This document shows, piece after piece, positions 51,001-62,839 of a stretch of 64,000 nt of DNA. The first letter of the stretch is position 1, and every line of letters begins with the position of its first letter. The notes beneath the pieces are model-generated. The model saw nothing but the letters and a program-made list of their open reading frames with translations. It did not search any database and was not told the origin of the DNA. Location of the stretch: NCBI GenBank assembly GCA_046563655.1, contig CM102287.1, positions 3,348,001-3,412,000 of the forward strand, in the 5' to 3' direction. The DNA is from Yuukianura sp. NJ FZ-2021. Lineage: Eukaryota. A program made the translations under genes and the position numbers.

Positions 51001-54000
51001 ATTGTGAGCGAATTCAGGCAAGTCGAATCTAACATTTTACACTTTTTATCTAAAACTTTTGTCAATTTCTGTGTTCCGTGAAAAGCGCTAACTGAAACAG
51101 CCAAAACTTATAACAATTGCTAACTGAAACAGCAAAAACTTAGACAATTGCTAACTGAAACAGCGAAAAGTCAAAAACAGCAAACATGCATGCTTCTTCT
51201 GCTTTCAAAGCAAGCAAAAAAGCATTTCCTTTAAGGCACTTCGCAACACGTACTGGGTGTTCTTAACTTTTTCTTAAATTGATTTTGACTAAGAATTTTT
51301 TCATTTTGTTTGAACAGCCGCAGAGTTAGTGAAGTTGTGTCTCCTTCGGAACTGCCAGATTCGCCAAGACAAATTGCTCCACCGGAACCTCGAGCGTTTA
51401 GATCTGCAGCGATTGACGCTGGAAGGAGTGACGACGTCAAGGACGAAGATGCTGTCAAAGTATTTGCAACTACTGGGGAGAGTTGTGTTGCCAGTGGAAT
51501 TCATACTGCGAGGAGTCTCAGTCCGCTCACAATTGATGACGGTGAAGGTGAAGACACTAAAATTGGATTACTGGACACAGCTAAACTGAATAACAATGAT
51601 GCTATTGTATGTGTAAGTGTAACAATTAACTATTGTTAACAAATTAAAAGTCGATTAATTTCAATTGTTGTAACATTTTAGGTCAATGAAGTCACCACTA
51701 ATAGCAGTGTACATGTACAAAAAGAGGGGACAGATGAAACCAAAGTGTTTGGAGTAGAAGACACACCGTGGCGAGGAGTTTCAACTGCAACGTCCTTGAG
51801 CGATTTAGTTGGCGAAATGGAAAAAGAGGAAATGAAGGACACTGGAAACGAAAAAGACGAGAAAAGTCCACCACCTCCGGTGGCTCCTTCTCCACCGCCG
51901 CCACCACTCCCGCCAAAACCGAATTCAGCTGCACGGAAATCCAAAGTTGAGCCGCCATCGGAACCAGTTTATGTCGACACTACTCCTGTTCAGGCTCAAA
52001 CTGATTCTAACCAAATAACTACTGGCAGTATTCCAGAAGATACTGTCAGTATTCCTCAAGATACTGCGCCAGCACAACCACCGAGATTGCCGAAGAGTAA
52101 ATCTGAAGTGGCTAAACTGAATACGAAGAGTATCAAAATGTCTACGAGTTACCACGAGAATTTAAAAAGAGAGAATCAGCTGGATCCGGAGCTTGCAGCA
52201 TTGATAATGAAAGGGAAAAGTCGAGTGAAAGGAAGCAAAGGCGCTGCAGCGGCTTTTCCAGCATTCAGCGCAAAAGTGGCCAATGTAAAAGTACTGCCCG
52301 AAGACAAGAAAAGTTCGAAACAAAACCGAACAGTTCCGGTCGTTACCGAAACACAAGTGAAGAAAAGTCCGGTATTGGCGAAACCGGCTGAAACTGAGGT
52401 CGTTCCGTCACCGAAACTGAAGCCACAGAACAAAAAACTGAGTCAAATTCAACAAAGTACGACCAGCATGGCGTCAGAGTGGAATGAAGATACTTTATCG
52501 CTTTCTGTTCCATCGCTGTCGATCAGCGCTGCTTTCAAATTGGCCCAATCAGGATCAACTGTGGAAGAGAAAAATCAAGGTCAAATTCAAAATCTCCCGC
52601 CTGCAACTGGAATTCTGGAAACGAGTAACATGATCCTTCAAAGCACAAGTTCAACTGTTGAAGGTCAAGTTGAAAATGCTGGACAAGTACTGGCGGTTAA
52701 GATGCTGGACAAAAAAGGCAGTGCAGAAACAAGTAACTTGTTTAACCAAAAACCGCCACCGGAGTTTGATTTGGACAGTTCCATGATGAGTGTGGCCAGT
52801 TTGAAAACGGAAATTGCTTCAATTGGGCCACTGGAAGAAGGAATGCGCCAATTATCAATTGAAGGAGAAACGTATACGATTGGAGGAGGCGGAGCTAACG
52901 ACTTGACGGATGCTGAAGACAGTTTCTTTGACGATACGGAGTCTATTGACGCCAAAGTGGAGTCACTGGAAGGATTTACCGGAAACTGTTGTAATGAAAA
53001 TGACGCTGGAGGGGGAGGAGTCAAAGCGTCACCGACGCTGGGAAGCGATTCTTCACGGTTTATGACATACACGACCAAGAAACATTCGAGTCCGAAACAG
53101 AAACGACGAGATGACCCTGGACGGTACTTGACCAGAACGATATCGCCTGGAAGTCCGAAAGATTCAAATGGAAACCACTCTTCTTCATCTCCGACATACT
53201 TTTCAACATTCCGTGGAGCCGAACGAAGTCCGAGAATTGTCAAACCGTCGGCAGCATCAGCGACGAGCAACGAATCAAGTCCAAACACTTCCCCAAAAGG
53301 GATTCGCGGCAGACGCAAACCGTTGTATTCATCTTTACCGCCACAAAAACGACATGGACCGCCAGTTCCACCGAAACCAGTAGCCAATGGTTCGGCTATG
53401 ATCGTTAGACCTACCAGAACTTCGGAGTTACGAGCAGCTAGTTCGAGAGAATCGTCACCGAAGAATTCGAGCAAGGATTCAAGCAATTCGTCACTGAATA
53501 CCGCTGGACAAACTACGACGGTTGTGGTTGGCTCATCATCAGCTGTCACAGCACATTCGAGTAGAAAAACTCCACCGAAACCGCCAGTAAGAACTTCAAC
53601 GAACAGTTCGAGTTTTCGAAACTTCGCGGTTGTCCGTGCCGTGAGAAATTCGAATTCGAGTATTGGATTTAGCAGTGGAGATCAGCAGGGGTCAGGAGTA
53701 GAGTCAACTTACAGTACTCTTCCGAGGTCACTCAAAACGTCTTCTGTGTCAGACGATGGACATGTCAAAGAAGGATCCAAAGTGGGCAAATTGAGTACTT
53801 TTTGGAATCAACTGATGAAGGGCGGGAAACAAGGAGATCAAAAAGTAAATGGAAGTGGGAGCGACGACAAAAAAACGAAATTCGGATTTAATTTTGGGCG
53901 GAAGAAGAAGCAGCATCGTGGCACAATAGCAACTACTAATTGGATCTCAGCTAATGTAGACAACTCAGTTCCTACAATTACTCCAGATCCAGTAGACCAA

Positions 54001-54129
54001 GGTAACATTAAAACTATTAGTAATGTAAATAGCCAAGTCAAGGGAGCTCAAGGTCAAGGTCAACAGTTGGGGACTTCTGGGGGCGGTACGTCTTTTACAC
54101 CAACATCTTCCAGAATGACCCCGGTGTAA
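48078..54129 (+). CDS. APC: Adenomatous polyposis coli (APC) homolog, ~1,650 aa, 12 coding exons
   Basis: Inferred exons: 48078-48144, 48213-48347, 48437-48643, 48709-48851, 48914-49099, 49233-49415, 49477-49731, 49822-49944, 50010-50732, 50815-51017, 51318-51606 (or 51612), 51682-54129; they sum to 4,962 nt in frame. Armadillo-region motifs match APC (GCIPLLIQILH, LMKLSFDEDHRNAM, MRRYNGMTLTNLT, ASVLRNLSW, LSALWNLSAH, IVENAGGIL, NACGMLWHLS). Also 20-aa-repeat-like motifs (YYCEGTPLNFS, YCTESTPATFSRASSLSS, TPLMFSRTSSVNSL, FGVEDTP...TSLSDL), region B (VSPSELPDSP) and a C-terminal PDZ-type end (MTPV). The start codon and first exon are less certain. Confidence 0.93.
49752..49812. repeat. Short intronic tandem repeat (acttacata-like ~9-bp unit)
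   Basis: Repeated acttacata/acataactt units in APC intron 7. Confidence 0.7.
51087..51182. repeat. ~31-32-bp tandem repeat (about 3 copies) in APC intron 10
   Basis: gctaactgaaacagc...aaaactt...acaatt repeated at ~51,087, ~51,119 and ~51,150. Confidence 0.75.
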
Positions 54130-55140
54130 CTTTGTACTTGGCAGTATTTTAAGTTGACATGTTGACACTTTGGCAGCACAAGATGTCATCTCGACGTGTG
54201 CAGCAGTACCTTGGTTGTGTAACATGTGAAACTAACATAATAATAATAGTTCTAAATTAGCATAATTAATATATGAGTTGTTAAGTTTTACTGAAATTTA
54301 CGACGTAAAGTTTACAAAACACGTAAACTTTAGACGTGTTTTGTCATTCATTCAAGTCTAGCAGTTTTTTAGCAGTTTACGTCGACCTATTTAGTTACAC
54401 GTTTAAGGTAAGTGTCATGATTCTCGAAAATTTTGATGATGGTTAGCAATTTTTATGCCAAATGTAAGCAAATTTAGTTTCGTTAGGTTATGATTTAGCA
54501 TTAGCAGTGGAAAAATTCCTTCCAGCGCAGCGTCCAGCGTTGATGCGAATGCGAAGTCAAAAGGTCGAAATAATTTAGCTGGAAAGTTTTGACTCAAAAT
54601 GAAACTGTGTGTCATAAAAGCCGATCATTTCCTATTTCAACGTAATAAGTTTAAATTACTATAATTTTATGATTTTTTATCTAACTTGAAAATCAATGCA
54701 ACAAAGTTTAGAAAAGGTTAGTGTTGAATGAACGTGAGCAAGAACAAATTGGAATTCAATTGATGTAAGATTTCGGTATTTTTCTTGTATTCTAGTATGA
54801 TTCAAAGTTCTAATAGCAGCGTAGTCAATTAAGTTAGTGAAATTGTAATTGGAATTCTGTGTAAGATGAGCTAAAGAGTTTTTACCAATGATGATTTTGG
54901 TTTTTTGAATGACAGTAGACAGTTGCGTGTTAAATTTCAATCAGACTTGCTAACTGTGTAAAAATTAAGTCTTGTGTAGAAACTTGAAACTGTGGGAAGT
55001 TTTCTTTTACCGTTAGTTTTGTGAGCAATTTTTAGATGACTTAAATTAAGATACGAATTTTTAACATCAATTCATTTGTAAAGTCTGATGATTAATCATT
55101 TTTGTTCCTTTGTAAACCTAAGTTAAGGTTAAACTGTTTG

Positions 55141-55146
55141 AATAAA
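55141..55146 (+). terminator. Candidate polyadenylation signal of the APC homolog
   Basis: AATAAA about 1 kb after the APC stop codon, at the end of an AT-rich 3'UTR-like stretch and followed by GT-rich sequence. Confidence 0.45.
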
Positions 55147-55800
55147 ATTATATCTGTAGTTTCCTTTAACTTTGCGTAGACAAACGGTTGTTGGTTGTTC
55201 GTTGTTAGCAGGCGTAGCGGTTTAGATTTTTGATCTTTCATGTTCTGTCTGACCTTTGACCTTTACTCTATACATGTAGTTAAAAGAGCAACGGCTTTGA
55301 AGAAAGAACAAAATCGGAAAAGTAAACCAGATAAGCACTAGACAAAAGGCGTTTGTGTCATTGAACTTGTGTTAACATCATAAATCTTGTTCATTTGTTC
55401 AAAGGATTATGATTATAAGGATCGGAGAGGTCAAAGGTCAAGCTAACATTGAACAAAGAAATAATGGGTCCTTCAAAACCAGCAGACCTTTGGACTTGGA
55501 CGTGTTGAAGAGCATGAGCAGTAGTGTTTTGACGTTGCGTTGTTCCAGTAGCAGCGACACTTCCCGTCAGTGGGTTTTTAAGGGGCAAGCTTTTTTTTTC
55601 TCGCCTTGTTGCCGACGACGTGAAAACGTTTTCTTAGTGTTCTGGCATTTTTTTTCTCTCTAGAATTTCTCATTCATTTCATTCGTCGTCTCACTCCGTC
55701 TCCTCCCTCCAAATTCTTGCCCGCGCTCTCTCTTCAATGTTCTGTTTCTGTTTCCTATTTTTTCTGCACTTGGATTAACAAAAGACGGTTTTGGATTGCT

Positions 55801-55807
55801 TATAAAA
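55801..55807 (+). promoter_or_regulatory. Candidate TATA box of the unassigned downstream gene
   Basis: TATAAAA upstream of a putative non-coding exon that ends at a GAAG|GTAAGT donor (~55,928), with an acceptor TTTCAG at ~56,011. Confidence 0.35.
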
Positions 55808-56065
55808 TACGAAGTTTTGCAGACTCAGACGAGGCGACTAGAGTCAATTGATCGTTTTAAAATAAACGACTAATTTACTATAGTCTTCAATAGGAATGTC
55901 AATTGACTTGACGTTGACATTTGAGAAGGTAAGTATTTGGGTATTCAGGTCAAGGTCAAGGCATAGCTGGCATGAAAGATTGTGGAACTCTAACTTTTGT
56001 TTGTCTTTCAGGTTTGGTTGATTCTTGTTCTTGGCTAAAACGGTCGTAAAACGTTTAAATTGAAG

Positions 56066-57606
56066 ATGAACAAGGTAAGTTAACTTAATTGAATTGTAAG
56101 TCCGTTATTAATTGATGTTGTTTTACTTTAGGAAACTGTACTTCGAGTAGTCAATTCTGGAAAGGATCCAGTCAGTGGAATGAACCGCAAGCAAAACGAA
56201 TGTAGTTTTCATTTGTCAATTGGTGAAGACGAGTCGTTACTCCAAGAAGAAATTCAATTTGGACAAGTCATTGGTATCCGAGTGAGGAAACTGTCCAATC
56301 CTCCTCCTGATGTGACCTTCAATGACACTTATAAGGCTGTCACAAAGTTAGAACTGAGGTGAACTTACCAAGTACAACTTTTCAAGATTCAGATTCACAG
56401 CTTTTGTTAATTGTTGGTTACTTTATATGTTAATTCTGTTGATTTTAGTTGCGCTGTTTCGATTAATTGGGTGTTCAGCGTCGCCTCGACACTTCCAGGA
56501 CTGAACGTTGTGAGATTTGGAGCTTCTTGTTTTGAGACTCCGTACGGTGATGGTCCTCCCGGTGCTTACCCGTCCCATGTCAAAAGTTGTCCATCAGTCA
56601 AGGAACTTATAGTATCATTTGATCATCGTAAATTAGAACAGAAGGACTTTGATAAGGACAAGGTCAGGGACTCCATGGACGAAATCCTTGATTACAGTAC
56701 AAAATACTTTCCGAACTTGACCAAAGCAGACTTGTACATGCCCGTTGGGGTTAAAATGGACACGTTTTTGAGAAACAATCAGTTCTTGGCAAGCACTGGA
56801 GAGCAACGGCCTTATCCACTGATTGGAATGGTCAAGTTCCAGAGCAGCATTTACTCAAAGGTACAATTTTCAAGCTGAGCAGTTTAAGATTTATGACCTG
56901 ACATTTCCATTTGACCTTTGTATAGAAATGCAGCGACGTACCACCACCGCCACCACCACCTCCATCCAGAAAGGCTACCAATGGTGACAAGGAGACGCCA
57001 CAAATTGCTTATGTCGGACCGATGTTAGATCCTAGACGACGACCAACGACACTCAAGAGAGGTCATTCAAGTTCTGGAGTGTCGTCAGAAGGAACAGAAG
57101 AGGACTTGGACATACCACTACCAAAGACGTTTTCAAAACGTAGTAATAACCATTACTCCGATTGTCCTCTCACTCCGACTCCTCCTCCTCCCGGTGACAG
57201 TCCACCAATCGGGCTTTCGGATTCGGAAGATCCGTTCAGTCTCAATGTCAATTCAGACTCCGCTTATTACCATGGCCACGAACGTACCCCGTTCGCTCCC
57301 ATACCCATGATCGTCACCAATCCGAACTACACTACAGGTATTCATATTACCAACTTATTTTGTTACAACGGAACGTTTCAGGAACGTTTTTATTTTTAAA
57401 AACAAGTATTTTTTAGCATAAGGTACTAACCAAAAATGTTCTTTAAAAATGTTCTTTTGAATTTTGCAGCTTACTATCCTACTCGACGAGGGAGCAGCAA
57501 TGGACATGACAATCATTCGGACAATTTGAGCAGTTGCAGCAGCAACTCCCCGCCGTCTTCGGAAGTTTACACCGACTTTAGCCAAATGTACTCAAGGAGG
57601 TACTAG
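56066..57606 (+). CDS. Uncharacterised 398-aa protein: N-terminal degenerate LRR-like domain plus Pro/Ser-rich disordered C-terminus
   Basis: Inferred exons 56066-56074, 56132-56358, 56449-56860, 56926-57337, 57470-57606; all introns are GT-AG with consistent phases, total 1,197 nt. Motifs AVTKLEL, LPGLNVVRF, CPSVKELIV and FPNLTKADL resemble degenerate LRRs, followed by polyproline runs. Confidence 0.75.
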
Positions 57607-58064
57607 ATTAGGTGAAGAGGAAGACATTGATCAGTGGTCCACTTCGAAACTTCAATGCAGCAATACTCGTAACGTCCAGAAACTTAAGCATTTTCAGACT
57701 TTTGAGTCAAAAAACTTTGGAGGCAAAATCGTCTACTTTACAGTCAAAATCTTTGACTTTGAGGCAAAATTTTTGACTTCTGATACTAATATGATACTTT
57801 TTATTAGATTTGTTGTTAGCTGTTTATATACCATATGCTTCCATTTCTCTTCCAGAAACTTTTCCAAGTATATTTTCTAACTTTTTCCACCTGTATAGCA
57901 ATATTTTTGTTAAAAAATTCATTCCTATTGTTGAACCTTTTAACACTACAAGTGTAATTAGCAATTTGATAAGTAATTAGTTCTTAACTGCTCAAATTAG
58001 TTACATGAGTTAATTCATTTGTCAATTACTTAATTAGAAGTTAAGTAAAAGCAGTGCTTAAAGC

Positions 58065-59527
58065 TTAAGCCGTTTCTATGTTTGTTGACAGCGTCACTGC
58101 TGATCCCGAGAGACGCTGGCGGTGAATTTTGAAATGAAAAAATGTATAAACTGTGATTGTTCCAAGGGCTGGAAAGATGTCGAGACTAATTTTCCAGTAA
58201 TTGAGGTCATTCCAGGTCCTTCCAGCGACAGAAGCGTCACAAGTATACGTTGGACGGACGTTCGTGAGATTTCCAGCGCCCATGTCCAAGTACTGCTGAC
58301 ATTCGTGACGCTGGAGGTCAAAGGCCTTGCTAAGGTAGTACGTGCTGAAGATCAGGAGACAAGGAATGAAGCGTAGCAGCGATGAGCCAATCAGGTTCGA
58401 ATAACAAACATTCCTACAAATTTTCAAAATTTTGAAAAATTTAAAAATTCTAAAAAAAAAGTTTTTGTTGAAAACAGTACCTATTCAAGAATCCCAAAAT
58501 CGTGACCAGGAGAAGAACCGTCGTCACTGTCCAAAACAGGATCCAGAAAAACGGACTGAGGTCAAATGTGCTGCTGGCCAGCATTTGTGACATCTGAAAA
58601 AACAGCGATTAACATAAACTTTGTTCTGCGCTGAAGCGATTTTGGACTTACTGCAAAAACTGCTTTCCAAATCAACAGGCCGCAGAGGATTCCGCTCGTG
58701 AAGAAACTGAGACAGTTGAGGCCGATTGAACAACGTTTGAAAATCGATTTTTTCAGGGAACTCCGTCCAGCCAACGTTTCATTGGACGATGCTGCTCCAG
58801 TATCGTGTGGAATCAAAGATGCTGCCGATTTCCATTTCGACGGAACAGAAGCTCGTCTGTCCCAACCTGCACTGGAATCAAATCGCTGATCCAGTTCTGG
58901 AAACAGGAGTGTTGAGTCCATCTTGTCTTGCCATTGGCTACGTTGAGTGCTTGGGACAGTGACGATATCGTCCTGGAAGGCCTGGAGAATGTCCTTGATG
59001 TTCAGCGCTGATTCAGCGTCACCTCGTCCAGAACTAGCAGCAATTGATCCTGATTCCATCGCTGCCAAAGACTTTTCTGGAGAATCTTGACTTCGTTGGG
59101 ACAGCCGAGTTTTCTTTTTGAATTTTTTAGATTTGGAGGATTGCGATTGGTCAGCACCGTTCGTCTCTGTGGACATTTGTAACTTCGCTGCAGCGCTGGT
59201 AGACGGTAGCTCTGCAGCTGGATGTTTTGATGATGATGCTGGAGCAGAAATAGCCGACGACATTGTTCTGGGTTTTGGTTTCGGTTTTTCAGCGATTTCA
59301 GCCGAAGTCGTTTCATCCTCAACCGATAACTGCTTTGCATGGCGACGACGACGTGAGTCGGACTTAGCACTTGGCTGCGTTGGCTGTTCTGCGTTTGATC
59401 TTCTGGATGGTGTAGGTGGGGAGTTATGCAGTGTCGATTTCTGATCCGGATCAGCAATTATGTGGCGTATTTTCGGTTTCGGTTTCGGTACTGGCGCTCG
59501 GTATTCGTCAGAATCCGATTCATCCAT
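58065..59527 (-). CDS. TMEM237-like (ciliary transition-zone type) membrane protein, ~445 aa
   Basis: Inferred exons 59527-58652, 58593-58481, 58413-58065 (1,338 nt in frame, GT-AG). A long charged disordered N-terminus is followed by about four hydrophobic helices. LSFFTSGILCGLLIW and TILGFLNR resemble my recollection of TMEM237 TM1 (GLFSHGFLAGCAVW) and the ...SAFDR motif. The gene structure is solid; the family assignment is tentative. Confidence 0.6.
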
Positions 59528-59799
59528 TTCAATTTGTGTAAAACTTTTCAGCTTTTCACAGTCACTCTACTGTGTGATTCTAGTTTCTTTGCTGGTTTTG
59601 GGGTCAAAGGTCACCACTTCAAAAAAAATATGTTCAATTTCGCAGAAATTGAACTGAAAATTGCAACTTTCACTTTCACATGATTTTTCCTCCTCACGGA
59701 TTTTTGTGTTATGAATCTCGGGCGTGTTTGTTTTTAAAATTGAAAATATGGTTACCATGACAACATCTCCGGAGTGTTGACCTTACACCAAAGCCTTTC

Positions 59800-60203
59800 A
59801 AAACGTTAAAAATTTAGCGGGAAAATCACTCTTTTTAAGTAACATAATTCACAAAACGTTAAAAATTTAGTAGGAAAATCACTCTTTTTAAGTAACATAA
59901 TTGGAAATTCCAAAAAGTTAAAAATTTAGTAGAAAAATCACTCTTTTTAAATAACATAATTCCAAATTCCAAAAAGTTAAAAATTTAGTAGGAAAATCAC
60001 TCTTTTTAAATAACATAATTCCAAATTTCAAAAAGTTAAAAATTTAGTAGGAAAATTACTCTTTTTAAATACATAATTCCAAATTTCAAAAAGTTAAAAA
60101 TTTAGTAGGAAAATCACTCTTTTTAAATAACATAATTCCAAATTCCAAAAAGTTAAAAATTTAGTAGGAAAATCACTCTTTTTAAATAACATAATTCCAA
60201 ATT
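59800..60203. repeat. ~59-bp AT-rich minisatellite, 7 copies
   Basis: Unit aaaagttaaaaatttagtaggaaaatcactctttttaaataacataattccaaattcca; the 'gttaaaaattt' anchor recurs at ~59,805, 59,858, 59,917, 59,976, 60,035, 60,093 and 60,152. Confidence 0.92.
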
Positions 60204-61279
60204 TGTTGTACTACAAACTACAGGTCAAGTGTAGAATTTGATTGCAGGTCAAAAGGTCACAAAAACACAACTTTCTGAACATGAGACATCAGACAGAAAA
60301 AAAAATTGCAAGACAAAAAAAACGAAACGATGAATAAAAAGTTTGCACAGAGTGTATAACTTTTCCCTTGAAAACTTTATGGATCAGAAACCTTGTAATT
60401 TTCCGTTAGTGCTCCCAATTCGCAAATTGTGAAGTCGTAATTTGCAAATTGCTTAAACTTAAACAATCAAGTTAGTGTCAAATTACTTAACGGTTGTTTT
60501 CTTCTCAAACGACTTTAGAAATCATAAACTTTTGCAAATTATGGAACCCTGTTCATGCTTTTAGTTCAGTTACTTTTTTGCAAAGTCTAGCAAACTTTGA
60601 AGTTTACTTGGTCCACTGACATAAAAATACTGAAACGCGCAGGCAGAGGTCAAAGGGTCACGCAGACTAAGATTGGAGAGTTACATGAAAAGTACATAGT
60701 AGTTGACACGTAACACTGACAGCATTGGCATAACTTGTGGGTGTGTCCACCGCTTAACGTCTTTTGTGGTCACGTAGCCGCTGTCCAATGGTCAATTCCT
60801 GACATACGGATTCTATTTGCGAATTGCAAATTGTAGATTGCAAAAATTTTGCAATTTTTGTTTGTGTTTGCGTCAGAACGAGGACATGAAGTTTTGGTCA
60901 TGTGGTGAGCATTTAGGGTGTGACTGGCTTGCTTTGGCGTAAGTCGAGGTCACAAGAGGTCAACTCTGGTTTGAATCAAGCCATACGACTGACCTGTCAC
61001 ATGACAACTTCGTGGGCATGTCCAAATCCAAAGTAATCTAGCACATTCCGGATTTCTTAGAATTGACGGTGACCTTTGACCTTTTTACTTCTGTAAATTT
61101 AGATTATGGAGGACACTATTCCGCAACTCTTTGCGGAACACTTAGTTAATAAGAGCCTCATCCAAGTTTTGCGTCAGTGTCTTCCAGAATTTCAAATCGC
61201 GAACAGTGAAATACAAATTTTCAAAGAGATTTCGCAAAACTTTTCAAAAGTTTGTTCAAAAAAGTTGCAAGGTCCAAAA

Positions 61280-62839
61280 ATGACGCTTACCGAAACTGTT
61301 GTTCCCCAAGGGGAAATTTTTAACAAGAAAACCGCCGAATCCGTCACAGAAAAAAGCAAACAAGTTTCGATTTCTCCAGAAAATGAAGATTTTATCCTCT
61401 TCGGAGCTGGACCGGCCAAGTTGCCAAAACAGGCAAGTTTCCAAAATTTGGAATTCCAAATTCAAAATTTTGAAAAAATTTCATTTTTTTTTAAATTTTG
61501 TGTCCAGGTTCTCCGAAAAGTCCAGGCTGAATTGCTCGACTACGCTGGAACTCATCAGAGCATTATGGAAATCAGCCACAGGTCACCTGAGTTCATGGCG
61601 GTCAACAACGATACTATTCAAAAAGCCAAAGATTTGCTGTAAGTTTTTCAAAATTTTAAACTAAAAAGAACTTTTTGATAATTTTTCGAATTTTTTGTAC
61701 TTTTTCAGGAACATCCCTGAAAACTACAAAGTGTTGTTCATGCAGGGTGGTGGGACTGGCATGTTTTCAGCCATTCCGATGAACTTGATTGGGAAGACGG
61801 GTAAGGCTGACTACGTGGTGACTGGGTCGTGGTCAGCCAAGGCAGCGAAGGAGGCGCAGAAGCATGGAACAGTCAATGTAGTTTATCCCAAACAATCCAA
61901 GTATGGCTCCATCCCCCACGAGGACTCGTGGAATCTGGACCCAGAAGCAGCCTATGTCTACGTCTGCGCTAACGAAACGGTCGACGGAGTGGAGTTCCAA
62001 ACGATTCCTGAAACTAATGGAGTCCCCCTTGTAGCCGACATGTCCTCAAACATCTTCTCCAGACCCATCGACGTCGCAAAGGTAACACGCCACTCACAAT
62101 TTATTTGGAAGATTTCAAGGTCAAAATCCAAATTTTGAAAAAAGTTGAATGAATGTCGATCATTTCGCAGAAAATATGGAGAAAGATGGTTGACCTTTGA
62201 CCTTGTTTTAGTTTGGAGTGATTTTCGGTGGAGCTCAGAAGAACATTGGGCCGTCGGGAGTGACGATCGTGATCATTCGTGAGGATTTGATGGGTAATGC
62301 CCTCAAGTACACTCCAACAGTCTTTGACTTTGCCACCATCGCCAAGGACAACTCACTCTACAACACGCCACCAAGCTTCGCGTAAGTTGACCCCACAAAT
62401 GACCTCGGTTGACCCCAACTCTGGGAAAGTTGTTTCAAATGTGTTTGAATGCAGGATCTACGCGATGAACCTCGTGTTTGACTGGATCCTTGCTAACGGA
62501 GGTGTTGAGGAGATGGAGAGTCGTGCGTTGAAGAAGAGCAGTTTGCTGTACGAGACGATGGACAGTTCGAATGGCTTCTACATAAACAGTGTCTCCCCAG
62601 AGTGTCGGAGTCGCATGAACGTTGTGTTCCGAATCAAGAATTGTGAGGAGCTGGAGAGTGCCTTTGTGAAGGAGGCCAAGGCCCAAGGGCTCCTGGGACT
62701 CAAGGGCCATCGCTCAGTCGGAGGCATAAGGGCCTCCATCTACAACGCAGTTCTGCCACAGCATGTCCAGAGATTGGTCGATTTCATGATCAAGTTCCAG
62801 CAAAAACATCAAAGTGAAAAAGGAACCGAAACGTTGTAA
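61280..62839 (+). CDS. PSAT1: Phosphoserine aminotransferase (~403 aa, 5 exons)
   Basis: Inferred exons 61280-61432, 61508-61638, 61709-62081, 62212-62381, 62455-62839 (1,212 nt). Hallmark motifs [49 protein letters not shown] (PLP lysine), NSLYNTPP and [18 protein letters not shown]. An in-frame upstream ATG at 61,106 is an alternative start. Confidence 0.96.

Noticed and set aside
52665..53549. 294-aa antisense ORF and other short ORFs within APC and TMEM237-like exons
   Set aside because: They are shadow ORFs of low-complexity Ser/Pro-rich coding sequence with no independent features.
56449..57337. Two consecutive exons of identical length (412 bp) suggesting exon duplication
   Set aside because: Their sequences and peptides are unrelated and their phases differ; this is coincidence.
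59651..59665. 15-bp exact match to the satellite (gaactgaaaattgca) in unique DNA
   Set aside because: It is short and AT-rich and reads as an ordinary splice-acceptor-like TTTTCAG on the minus strand; it is plausibly chance.
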